64,000 bases of DNA from an uncultured delta proteobacterium (GTDB lineage: Bacteria; Desulfobacterota; Binatia; UBA9968), in the NCBI GenBank assembly GCA_963847445.1, contig CAWJZV010000011.1, positions 98,658 to 162,657 on the forward strand. The letters are read 5' to 3'. The number at the start of each line of letters is the position of its first letter. Position 1 is the first letter of the stretch. Positions 23,686 through 34,666 of the stretch are shown here, one piece after another. The notes beneath the pieces were generated by a model. That model did not search any database and was not told where the DNA came from. It was given only the letters and a program-made list of their open reading frames with translations. A program made the translations under genes and the position numbers.

Positions 23686-23876
23686 GAGTTTCGAGTTTCG
23701 GGTTTCGAGTTTCGAGTCGGAGCGGCGGCGGGTTGCGCAGCGATGTCGAGAGTCTTGCGCATGGCCAGGACGAAGATTTCTCGCTTCGCTCGAAATGACA
23801 CGCGATGCAGGGCAGATTCCCGATCGGATTGCTGCCCAACCCGAAACGCTCGGACCGAAACTCGCAACCCGAAACT
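23686..23876. repeat. Heptamer inverted-repeat element enclosing a REP-like palindrome
   Basis: GAGTTTC-type x4 at 23686-23717; inverted (C/G)GAAAC-type arm at 23838-23876; internal AGATTTCTCGCTTCGCTCGAAATGACA at 23774-23800. Confidence 0.75.
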
Positions 23877-24746
23877 TTCTTCGACAGCGATTTCCTGCGC
23901 CGGCTCGAACGGCTTCATCTGATCGCCAAGCGGCTGAGCTGGGCGGGGGCGAAGGGCGAGCATGCGGTGTCGCGCAAAGGCTTTAGCCTGGAGTTTTCCG
24001 ATTACCGGCGCTACCAGCGCGGCGACGATCTGCGCTACATCGATTGGAATATTTACCGGCGTCTCGATCGCTTGCTGTTAAAAGTCTTCACCGCCGAGGA
24101 GGAGATGAATATTTATCTGCTGGTCGACACCAGCCGCTCCATGGCCGAAGGCAGCCCGGCGAAGCTCGACTACGCCAAGAAAGTCGCGGCGGCATTGGGC
24201 TATATCGGTCTGAAAAATCTCGACCGAGTCGGCGGCGCGGCGTTCTCGTCTATCTTGCACAAGCCGCTGACCTTGGGGCGCGGGCGCAAGCAGATCCTCA
24301 GCATGTTTAGTTTCCTCGCCAAGCTGTCCTGCACGGGCGAAACCAATCTGCGCGGCGCGATTCATTCCTTCACCAAGCTATTCCCCCACGCCGGCTTGGT
24401 CATTGTCGTCAGCGATCTGTTCGATCCCAGCGGCTGGCGCGCCGCGCTGGAAGAGCTCTCCGGCAAGAACTATCAAGTCTTGCTGGTCCATATCGTCGAC
24501 GAAGCCGAGTTGAAACCTAAAGCCTGGGGCGATGTCGCGCTGGTCGACGTTGAGGCCGGCAGCGAGCGCAAGTTCTTTCTCGACGCCGATTTGGTGCGCC
24601 GCTTCGAACAGGAGCTGGCGGATTATTTTAAAGAAATCGAAACCATCTGTGCCAGCCGCAAGATCGACTATCTGCGCACGACCACTCAAGTGCCCTTCGA
24701 CGAGTTCGTGCTCCAGACGCTGCGCCGGGTGAGCAGCGTGGCGTGA
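23805..24746 (+). CDS. DUF58 domain protein
   Basis: SLEFSDYRRYQRGDDLRYIDWN, LLVDTSRSM, VVSDLFD. Confidence 0.93.
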   Translation: MQGRFPIGLLPNPKRSDRNSQPETFFDSDFLRRLERLHLIAKRLSWAGAKGEHAVSRKGFSLEFSDYRRYQRGDDLRYIDWNIYRRLDRLLLKVFTAEEEMNIYLLVDTSRSMAEGSPAKLDYAKKVAAALGYIGLKNLDRVGGAAFSSILHKPLTLGRGRKQILSMFSFLAKLSCTGETNLRGAIHSFTKLFPHAGLVIVVSDLFDPSGWRAALEELSGKNYQVLLVHIVDEAELKPKAWGDVALVDVEAGSERKFFLDADLVRRFEQELADYFKEIETICASRKIDYLRTTTQVPFDEFVLQTLRRVSSVA

Positions 24747-24749
24747 CCT

Positions 24750-27700
24750 ATGCTTTGGGGATTGCCAGCCGCGCTGTTGTTGCTTGCCGGGGCGATCCCG
24801 CTGATCCTGTTTCTGCATAGCTTGAAACCGCGCGGCCTGAAGATCGCCACCACGACGATGTTCATTTGGCAGCGGGTGCTGCGCGAGCGGCCGCTGGGCA
24901 CGCGCTTGGGTTGGCTGCTGCGCAAAAACCTTTTGCTCATCCTTCAATTGCTCGCCGCCCTGGCGCTCATTGTCGCCCTCGCCGATCCGTCGCTGCTCCA
25001 CATCGGCCAGCGCTCGGGCGACATGGTCGTCGTGCTCGATATAAGCGCGAGCATGAAGGCCACGGGCAAAAGCGGCAGCCGCATCGATGGCCTGCGCCGG
25101 GAATTCAATTCGCTCATCAATAGTCTCTCATCCGAACAAAAAATGCTCGTCATCGGCGCCGGCGCCGAGCCGCGCCTGATGGCGCCGTTTACCGCCGACA
25201 AGCGGCGGCTGCGCGAGCTGGCGCGGACATTGTCGGCCACGGATGGTCCGGGAAAAATTAAGGAAGCGATTCTGTTCGCTCATGGCTTTCTCAAGCGCGG
25301 CAGCGCCGACCATGTGACGGTGATCAGCGATGGCGCCTTCGCCGGCGCCGAGGAATTCACCACCGCCGCGCCCCATCTGCGTTTTGCCAAAGTTACCGGT
25401 GGCGGCGAAAATGTCGGCAATGTTGGCATCGTCGGCTTCGAAGTGCGCCGCCAACCCGAGCGCGGAGCGCCGGCGGAGATCCTGGTGCACGTGCGCAACT
25501 ATACGGCCAAAGCGGTGCGCGTGCCGCTGGCGCTGTCCCTTGACGATCGGCAAATCTTGCGCGCCGAGATCGACATCGGCGCCGACGACCGGCGCGTGCT
25601 GATTTATCCCTTCGACGGCCCACTGGCGGGAAGATTGGTGGCGCAAGTCGATTTCGCCGACGATTTCACCACCGACAACCGCGCTTATCTGGCAGTAACC
25701 GACACGCCGCCATTACGCGTGCTTTACGTCGGCCCCGGCAATCCTTATCTGAACAATTTATTTCGTTTCTTCGCTAACATTGAGCTGACTACGCTGCCGC
25801 GCTGGGATGATGGCGCGGCGCAGCTGCAGAGTAAGTTCGACGTGGTGATTGGCGATCGCGTCGCGCTGCCGGCGCTGACCCAAGGCAACTTTATTTTCAT
25901 CGATACGCTGCCGGTGAAGTCGCCACTGGTGCGCCAAGCAGCACTGGCCAACCCGCGGCTGTCGTGCCGTTGGCTAAGCACCCGCTCACCGAGGGACTCA
26001 ACTTGGCCGACCTGCAAGTGCGCGAAGCCGCGCCGTTGCGTGAAAATGCCGCCGGTGTCGCGTTGGCGCGCATAACGCAAGGGCCGCTGCTCTACGCATT
26101 CGAAACCGCCAAGCTGCGGCTAGTCTATCTTGGCTTTGACTTGCTCCAGTCCGATCTGCCGTTGCGCGTGGCGTTTCCAGTTTTGTTTCACAATATCTTT
26201 GAGTGGTTTCAGCCCCAGCGTTCGGAGTTTCCCGGGCCAAAGCGCGCGAGCGGGCGCGCCGTTCAAGATCGGCGCGGGGCAAACCGACGCCGCGGTGGAA
26301 ATCACCACGCCGAGCGGCAAAAAAGAAATGCTGGCGAGCGGCGGTTCGTTGGTGTTCGCCGATACCCTGGAGGCCGGTTTCTATGCATTCAAAGACCGCC
26401 AGCGCGAAGGCCAGTTCGCCGTGAATCTGCTCGATGAAGCGGAATCGCAGATTGTCTCCGCGATTGAACCCCAGTGCGTCGACGGCAAAAACCGACACAG
26501 CGGCGTGGGTTGAGCGCGGCTGGTCTTTGTGGCCGATGCTGCTGGGCGCCGTTGTGCTTCTGCTCGGCGCGGAAATTCTCTTGGCTTATCGCCAGGGGCT
26601 GTCGATGTATCCGCTACTGATGCGCGCCGGGGCGCTGGCGGCGCTCGCTGTGGCGCTGGTCAATCCGCGCTGGTTTCAGCCGACCGCGGCTCTGGATGTG
26701 ATTTTCGGCGTCGATCTGTCGCGCAGCGTCGGTCAAGAGGGACAGGAAAAAGCGCGGGCGGTTCTGGAGTTTGCCGCCGGCCTGAAAAAAACCGCGACGC
26801 GCACCGGGCTGATGACTTTTGGCGGCGCGCCGGAGTGGGAGTTTCCGCCGCGCGAAGTGATTCCACCGGCGGAGTTCTCGACCCACCAGGACCGCGAACA
26901 AAGCGATATCCAAGCCGCCCTGCAAGGCGCGGCGGCGCAGATCGGCGAAGGGCGGCAGGGGAGAATATTGCTCTTTTCCGACGGCAACGAGAACCGCGGC
27001 GAGACCGCCCGGGTGCTGCCGCTGTTGCGCAGCCAAGGCGTGCAGGTGTGGACGCTGCCGGTGGGCTTGTCGCGCGGCCGCAATGAGATTTATCTGGCCG
27101 ATCTGACTTTGCCGCGCCAAGTCGACAGCGCCGAGAGCTTCGAGATTCGCGGCGCGATTGAGAGCCTGCGCGAAGCGCCGGCGCGGCTGCGCTTGCTGCG
27201 CGACGGCGTGCTTTCCGCCGAGCGGGAGCTGCGTTTGAGCGCCGGCAGCAATAACGTTTCCTTCCGCGATACGCTTAGCGAGCGCGGTAATCACCGTTAC
27301 GAGCTCTTGGTCGAGTCGGCGGACGACACGCTGGCGGAAAATAATCTGCTCCAAGGCGTCGTCGAAGTGAAAGGGCCGCCGCGGGTGCTGTTGCTGTCGG
27401 CGCAGAAAGACAGCCAACGAGTCCTTTCTCGAGTCTTGCAAGTACAAGGCTATGCCGTGGTCGAGGCGGCGCCCGAGGCCCATTCCGTTTCGCTTGCCGA
27501 GCTCGCTGCATTCGATTTATTGGTCCTCGACAACGTGCCGGCATTTCAACTGACCCACGCGAAGATGGAGAATATCGAAAAATACGTGCGCGACTTTGGC
27601 GGCGGATTACTGGTCGTCGGCGGCTCGCAAAGCTATGGCGCCGGCGGTTATTACCGCACACCGCTGGAGCGCATCTTGCCGGTCGACATGCGACCGCCGG

Positions 27701-29104
27701 CGAAAGTAGAAATGCCTCATGTCGCGCTGCTGTTCGTCATCGATAAATCCGGCAGCATGGGCTCGGGTGGCGAAGGCAGCACCAAGCTCGATCTCGCCAA
27801 GGCCGCGGCTATCGCCGCCGCCGATATCATGAACCCGACGGATCAGGTGGGCATTCTCGCCTTCGACGCCAATTGGGACTGGGCGCTGCCGTTTCGCCAA
27901 GTGGGCAAGGGCGAGTGGATCACCGAGAAGCTGGCGAATTTGCAATCCGACGGCGGGACAGATTTGTATAAAGCGATGCTCGAAGCCCATCGCGGCATCG
28001 CCGGCAAGACGGCGTCGATCAAACATGTGATCGCGCTCTCCGACGGTCTCACCGACAAGGCGGACTTTCAGGCGCTGGTGGCCAAGATGGCGCGCGACGG
28101 CATTACTGTTTCGACGGTGTCCATCGGCAGCGACGCCGACGTGAAGCTGATGGCGGAGATCGCCAAAGAGGGCAAGGGGCGCGGCTATGTCGCCCTCGAT
28201 CCGCAGACGATCCCGCAGATCTTTACCACCGAGACGCTGTTGATCTCGCGCGATCTGTTAATTGAAAAACCGGTGGCGCCGACCATCGTCGCCGCCACCG
28301 GCGCGCTCAAAGGCATTCCGCAAAATAATTTACCGGCTCTGCGCGGCTACGTGCTCACCTACCCCAAGCCGCGCGCCGAGTTGCTCATGCGTGTCGACAA
28401 AGACCCGCTTTTGGTGTCCTGGCGCTACGGACTCGGCCGGGTGATGGCGTTCACCTCCGACTTGAGCGGGCGCTGGGGCAAAGATTGGGTCGGCTGGAGC
28501 GCCTTTCCCCAGTGGGCCAGTCAGATCGGCCGCGACACCATGCGCAAAGTTCTTGACGGCAAAATGCGCGTCGATTTTCACGGCGACGGCGACGCGGTGA
28601 AAGTGGTCGGCGATTTAGTCGCCCAAGACGGCAAGTTTTTGAATTATTTAAAACTCAAGGCGACCATCGCCGCGCCCAATCAAACGAGCCGGGAGCAGCC
28701 GCTGCAGCAAAGCGCGCCGGGGCGCTACGAGGGCAAGTTTACTCCGGCGCAGCGGGGTATCTATTTCATCACGGTTTACGCCGAGGGCAAAGCCGGCGCG
28801 GCGCCATTGCCGGTGGCCACGGTGCCGTACATCGCGCCCTATCCCAAAGAATACCGCGAGCTGAAGCCCAACTTGGCGTTGCTCAGCCGACTCGCCGAGG
28901 AGACCGGCGGCGAGATGCTCGACGCAGAAAAATTTCACGACGGTCTAAAGCGTCTCTACGCGCCGACGCCGGGGAAAAGTTCTCAAGGGGCAAGAGACCT
29001 GGTGGCCGTTGGCGAGCGCCGGGCTGCTGCTGTTTCTCGCCGACCTGGTGCTGCGCAGTTGGCCGCGCAAGGCCGTCGTGACTGAAGTCGTGGCGGGTGG
29101 GTAG
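24750..29104 (+). CDS. Large BatA/VWA fusion protein (BatA - VWA - TM - VWA - GATase-like - VWA - TM), frameshifted
   Basis: BatA N-terminus IPLILFLH; MIDAS motifs DISAS, DLSRS and DKSGS; YVRDFGGGLLVVGG; WRYGLGRV. Confidence 0.8.
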
Positions 29105-29130
29105 AATCGATCAGAATCCCGACACCCCAT

Positions 29131-29358
29131 ATGGCGCCGTTGTTTGTCGCCCAGGATAAGCGATTCTACGAGAAGTACGGCCGTGATGTGCAGTTGATTC
29201 TGGTCAACAGCGGTTCTCTGGTGGCGCAGATGTTTCAAGCCGGGGAGATTCAGATCACCGCCAACGCGCCGGCGTCGTTGGTCAGCCTCGCCGCCACCGG
29301 CGAGAAGATGAGATTCGTCGGCATCAAAGCCGAGAGATCGTCGATGCGAGCTGGCTAA
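29131..29358 (+). pseudogene. Fragment of an NMT1/THI5-like ABC substrate-binding protein
   Basis: APLFVAQDKRFYEKYGRDVQLILVNSG...AGEIQ; no signal peptide and no C-terminus. Confidence 0.65.
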
Positions 29359-29659
29359 AGCGACTGGACGACGAGAAGTTTTTCGACCGGGTATATGGGG
29401 GAAGTAAGTAATGTGAACTAGCCATTGCCGTGTAAAATTTATGACGGATTTGGCAAAATTGACCGCCTTTGACGGCGAGTGTGACATTGCTGCCTATTTC
29501 ATCGGCAACTAAAAGCATGGGATGAATCGCAGGCGGCGGCTGGAGCTTTTACCGAAGGGAAGGGTTTTAACGAAAAATATCTTTAATTTCGGTAAGTTTT
29601 GTGGTTATATTCTAAATTATTCACCCCGCTAAGCCATACCCTCGCACATCACAACGTCC

Positions 29660-29675
29660 TGGTATTTGCCTTGCA
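29660..29675 (+). promoter_or_regulatory. Candidate sigma54 (-24/-12) promoter
   Basis: TGGTATTTGCCTTGCA has the GG-N10-GC spacing and follows an AT-rich tract. Confidence 0.55.
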
Positions 29676-29801
29676 TTACTTTTGCTGTGACATGCGTCTA
29701 ATAAATAGAAAGTCCGGCATCCGGTTTAGGAGAACTCGATAGACAACCGACAAACATCCTAGGAAGCAAACTGAGCTAATCCGCACCGGGAGGGAGAAGC
29801 C

Positions 29802-29996
29802 ATGAGCCCTGGAGATCCACTAAGAACCAACAAACCCATCCGCTCGCAGAAGACCGGGACGATCTTACCGCGGGACGGGACCTTTGTTCGGGCCGTCGAG
29901 AATATGGGACGGCAGTTGATTCTGGTCAATTTCGGTCCGGCCGGCGAAGAGTACTTGTTCCCGGACGAAATTACGCCGGAACCTTCTAAAGCATAA
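29802..29996 (+). CDS. Small hypothetical protein (64 aa)
   Basis: Strong RBS GGAGGGAG before the ATG; beta-rich-looking sequence. Confidence 0.7.
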   Translation: MSPGDPLRTNKPIRSQKTGTILPRDGTFVRAVENMGRQLILVNFGPAGEEYLFPDEITPEPSKA

Positions 29997-30153
29997 GCTC
30001 CTCGTCAATTTTATAATCCGTTCCGTCATATTCCTGGCGCTCGCTGGGATCCCAGTAGCTTTTTCCATCGATTGTTCATCATCGCTCCCGACCGCTTTGG
30101 AATCTACTCCGCGTATTTGATAGAAACTCATTATCATAACGCGGAGGTGTGCC

Positions 30154-30551
30154 ATGAGCGAGCGAACGATCAAGGGCTATCATGCTCATATTTATTACGA
30201 TCCCAAGCGGACTCGGGCCGCGGCGGAGAAGGTGCGCGCTGGACTAGCGCAGCTTCAATGTCCAGCTCGGCAGCTGGCATGACGAACCGGTGGGGCCGCA
30301 TCTCGATGCCATGTATCAAGCGGTGTTCTACCAACGAAGAGTTCGCCAAGGTCGTGCCCTGGTTGATGCTCAACCGTGAAGGGCTGTCGGTGTTGGTGCA
30401 TCCTTCCACCGGCGATGGCTACGGCGATCACCTGGAGCGGTCACTCTGGCTCGGCGAGCGCTTGAAGCTCAACGAGGATGTGTTGAAGCGGCTCACTGAA
30501 CCTTTCGCCGATTGCCATGAAACGCATCCACTCGTCCATGGATCCGCTTGA
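30154..30551 (+). CDS. DOPA 4,5-dioxygenase family protein (frameshifted, end uncertain)
   Basis: GYHAHIYYD, EPVGPH, WLMLNREGLSVLVHP, DH...LWLG; RBS GGAGG. Confidence 0.85.
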
Positions 30552-30860
30552 TGGTCAGCCACTTGAAGAATGTCCTGGCGACGTTCGGCATCAAGTGCGT
30601 AATGAAAAAAATGGATCTGATCAGCGCCGCCGGGCAATTACCGCCCACCGAGTGCTGGCCGGAGCTTTGGGTGGTGGAGGATGAGAAAGTCGTAAAGGCC
30701 AAAGCGATTCTGAAGAAAACTTTGGCGCCCCTGGCTTCGGTCAAGAAGGTTTGGGTTTGCAAAAACTGCGATGAAAAGATCGAAGGGCAGTTCTCCGAAT
30801 GTTGGAACTGCGGCTGCGATCCCTCCGGCGCCCAGAGCGCGCGGCGTGGTGCGATTAGTA
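30517..30860 (+). CDS. DUF2007-like protein with a RanBP2-type zinc finger (ends approximate)
   Basis: HLKNVLATFGI, GQLPPTECWPELWV, WVCKNC...FSECWNC. Confidence 0.75.
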
Positions 30861-30894
30861 TCCCGTTCGCGTGTTCGCCGTTAAATTCTTCTCC

Positions 30895-31769
30895 TTACCT
30901 GTTCAACGTCAGTAGGATCGTGCCGGCGACAACGGCGCAGCTGCCGATGGCGGTGCGCAGGGTAACTTTTTCCAGATCGCGCAATAGCTAGGATCGAACC
31001 GATCAGCACCCACATGGGCGTGGTCGCCATGATCGGTGCGATCAGCACCACTGGGCCGAGGCTGACGGCGGCGCTAAAGAGGAGAAAGCCGACGGTCTCG
31101 AATAAACTCGCTGAGATAAATGACCGTAGGGCGCCGCGATCGGGCCAGACCATGCGCTTGCCGCGACCGGTGATGAGCAGATAGCCGCCGAGAGCAAAGC
31201 AACGACGATAGGCCAACCACGGCGGCATAGAGCAACGGTTCGTTGGTGATGGTGAGCGCATAGCGTGTGAACGGATGGATGATGCCGGAAAAGAACGCCG
31301 CCGACAGCGGAAATAGCGCGTCCAGCGGTTTGGCGTCGCTTCGCGCGTCTTGCGAATCCCAACAGGTAATGAAAATCCCGGCAACGATGAGCAAGGTGCC
31401 GAGCATGATGTTGTGCCGCGCCGGTTCGTCCAAGAAAGCGATGGCCAAGGCGGCGCTGAAGAACGGATGGGTCGAGCGCAGCGATGACGAGCGTGCTGAG
31501 CCGATGCGGGCGATGCCGGTGTAGCTCAACCAGCGCACAAACGGCAAAGCGACGCCGACCGCGATGAAGACCGCCAGCGCGCGCGGATCGGCGCTGGGCA
31601 CGCTGCCGCGGGCCATGAGTATCGACCCGGCGACTACCGTTTGCACGATTAATGAGATCAATGTGACGACCAACGGTGTGGAGTGCACCAGGCCGACGCG
31701 GGCGTAGAGATTGCCGGCGGCGTAGACGGCGGTGGAAGCGAGGGCGACGAGCTGGGCGGCGGAGTCCAT
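30895..31769 (-). CDS. EamA/DMT family transporter (frameshifted)
   Basis: Two EamA halves; GSARSSSLRSTHPFF and GPVVLIAPIMATTPM. Confidence 0.85.
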
Positions 31770-31976
31770 GGCGATCGGGTGGTTGCAGGTTTCGCGTTCG
31801 AGTTTCGTGCGTGAGCCATGGCGATACCTTTAGCTGAAGTGGCGTTGCCGTTCCATTCGATGTTGCGAATTGACCCGGCAGTGGGTGAAGTGTTAGAAGA
31901 CGCGAGAAGTTTGACAATTGTTTTCCGAACGAATTCGTTTCGGAACCTTCGAAGCGAAACATCACAGGGAGTTTTC

Positions 31977-32924
31977 ATGGAGTATCGCCAAATGGGCAAT
32001 TCGGGCGTTCGTGTTTCGGTCGTCGGACTGGGCACCAATCGCTTCGGTTCGTCGGATATGCAACAGGCCGAGGTCAACAAGGTGATCGATGCCGCCGTCG
32101 AGACCGGCGTCAATTTCCTCGACACCGCCAACGTCTACAATGACGGCGCTTCGGAGACGACCTTAGGCCATGCGCTCAAAGGGCGTATGGACAAATTCGT
32201 CGTCGCGACCAAGTTCAATTTTCCTAGAAAAACCAGCGCCAACAGCTGGGGCGCGTCGCGCTACCATATGATGCAGGCGGTGGAGCAGAGTTTGCGCCGC
32301 TTGCAAAGCGATCACATCGATCTTTTTTACTGCCACCGCTGGGACGACACCACGCCCATCGAAGAGACGCTGCGCGGTCTCGACGATCTCGTGCGCATGG
32401 GCAAGGTCTGTTACATCGGCGCGTCGTTGTATGCGTCCTGGCAATTGGCCCACGCCAACGTGATGGCGGAGCTCAGAGGCTGGACCCGCTTCGTCGTCTT
32501 GCAGTCGGAGTACAACATGCTCAATCGCGGCGTCGAGCGCGAAGTCTTGCCGTACTGCCAGGCGCATGAAGTTGGCTTTGTGCCTTACTATCCGCTGGCG
32601 GGCGGTTTTCTCACCGGCAAGTACGAGATGGGCAAACCGCCGCCGCCGGGTTCGCGCGGCGAGTCGGTCAAACTCGTGCAAAATCTCATGGTCGAGCGCA
32701 ATTATCATTTGGTGAACAATCTCAGCGCATGGTCTAAGGATCATGGCCGCGGCGTCAATGAGTTAGCGCAGGCGTGGCTGTTGGCGCAGCCGAGCGTCTG
32801 CTCGGTGATCACCGGCGCCAAGCGCGTCGATCACGTGACGAGCAACGTGAAAGCGGCGGACTGGCATCTTGACGGCGGCGGAGCTGAAAGAGGTCGACGG
32901 TATTTTGCAGGCTTAGGAAATTAA
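31977..32924 (+). CDS. Aldo/keto reductase
   Basis: MEYRQMGNSG, FLDTANVY, VATK, SLRRLQSDHIDLFYCH, PLAGGFLTGKY. Confidence 0.95.
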   Translation: MEYRQMGNSGVRVSVVGLGTNRFGSSDMQQAEVNKVIDAAVETGVNFLDTANVYNDGASETTLGHALKGRMDKFVVATKFNFPRKTSANSWGASRYHMMQAVEQSLRRLQSDHIDLFYCHRWDDTTPIEETLRGLDDLVRMGKVCYIGASLYASWQLAHANVMAELRGWTRFVVLQSEYNMLNRGVEREVLPYCQAHEVGFVPYYPLAGGFLTGKYEMGKPPPPGSRGESVKLVQNLMVERNYHLVNNLSAWSKDHGRGVNELAQAWLLAQPSVCSVITGAKRVDHVTSNVKAADWHLDGGGAERGRRYFAGLGN

Positions 32925-32951
32925 CCCCCGACATCGCGTTGTCGTCGCGAT

Positions 32952-33069
32952 GTAGGATGGGTAGAGGCGCTCTCGGAAACCCATCGATCTCACTTCGCGT
33001 TTCATCGCCTATTGCGGAAGCGAGACTGAACAAGAAAAGATGGGTGTCCCTACGCTCCACCCATCCTAC
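32952..33069. repeat. GTAG-type REP pair (REPIN-like) between convergent genes
   Basis: GTAGGATGGGTAGAG...AAACCCATC and inverted GATGGG...CTCCACCCATCCTAC. Confidence 0.8.
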
Positions 33070-33083
33070 GTTCGGGAATCCAG

Positions 33084-33666
33084 TCAAATCACGAACGGCA
33101 GAAACAACTGCGCGGGACCGGTGGATTTTTCGCGCTTCGGCGCCTTGGCCAGCTGAGCAATTTCCTGTTCCAGCCAGCGGATGTATTGGCGCTGGGTGTG
33201 GCGCTTGTCGATTGCTGCGATGCACAGTTCGCGCACCGACTCGGCGTAGTCCGGCCAGCGTTCGCGCATGATGCGCGGCATTTTTATGTAGGTCGGCGGG
33301 TCGTCCAGGAAAAGCGGGTCGCGGGCTAAGGTCCAGATATCGCACTGAGTTTCGCCGGTGGGGATGCGATCGGGATTTGCACTGCGAGTGCCGAAGCGCT
33401 CGCCGTAGGCTAGGCCTTGCACCAGATGGGTCAGTTCGTGGCCGATGGTGTGATAAGTGACCTTGCGCACTCTCAATCTGATAATTAGCCGGTACAGCTC
33501 GCCTTTGCGGTAGATCACGGTGGCGCTGCCCAGATGTTTGCGCGTGTAGCCGATGGTGATCGACCGCGTCCTTCAACTCAGGAAAATAGCCGAGCGAGCG
33601 CTGGAGCATTTCCAAAGTGCGGCGCGTCATGCGCTGTTTCATCTGCGGCGTGAGTCTAAGCGCCAT
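33084..33666 (-). CDS. Hypothetical protein with HExxH motif, zincin-like (frameshift near 33560)
   Basis: TIGHELTHLVQG followed by GETQCDIW. Confidence 0.65.
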
Positions 33667-33743
33667 GATTTATTGGGTTTTCACTGCAACCTTGCACGGC
33701 GGGTCGTTAGTGTCATAATGCCCGGGCTCGTCCATGGACAGTT

Positions 33744-34662
33744 ATGACAGAGGAAAATTACCAGAACAAGGAAAATACAGCCGTTTCACTGCGGTTACAT
33801 CGCCATCATCGGCCGGCCCAACGTCGGCAAGTCGACTTTGCTCAACCAAATCCTCGGTGAAAAGGTCGCCATCGTCTCGCCCAAACCGCAGACCACGCGT
33901 AATCGCATCACCGGCATTCGCACGACGGCTGCGTCGCAGATCGTTTTTCTCGACACGCCGGGGATTCACTCCGGCCATTCATTGATGAACCGGCGCATGG
34001 TCGATATCGCGCTGCAGACCTTGGACGAAGTTGACGGCGTCATCTGGTTGCTCGATGCCCATGACAAGATCAAGCAGGAAGAAGAGCGCATTGCCGAGAC
34101 TCTGCGCGGCGTCGAGACGCCGGTGCTAATCCTCATCAACAAGATCGATATGGTCTCCAAGGGCAAGCTGTTGCCGTTGATGGAGCGCTGCGCCCAGTTG
34201 CTGCCGGACAAAGAGATCGTGCCGGTGTGCGCGCTCAAAGGCGACGGCGTCGATTTGGCGCTCTCGATGGTCGAGAAATGGCTGCCGGAAGGGCCGCCGT
34301 TCTTCACCGACGGTGAGTACACCGATCAGTCGGAGCGCTTCCTCGCCTCCGAGATCGTTCGCGAGAAAGTTTTTTTGCTGACCCGCGAAGAGATTCCCTA
34401 CGGCGTGGCGGTGACCATCGATGAGTTCACCGAAAAGACCGAAAAAAATCTCATCGTCATCGCCGCGACCATCCATACCGAACGCGATTCGCATAAGGGC
34501 ATCTTGATCGGCAAGCGCGGCGCCATGCTCAAGGAGATCGGCCAGCAGGCGCGCGAGGAGTTAGAGAAGATTTTCGGCTGCCGGGTTTTTCTCGAATTGT
34601 TCATTCGCGTCGATCCGGACTGGACGCAGAATCCGAATTCGCTTGCCGAGATGGGATTGTGA
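33744..34662 (+). CDS. era: GTPase Era (5' frameshift)
   Basis: GRPNVGKS, PQTTR, DTPG, NKID, KH motif ILIGKRGAMLK. Confidence 0.95.
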
Positions 34663-34666
34663 AACG

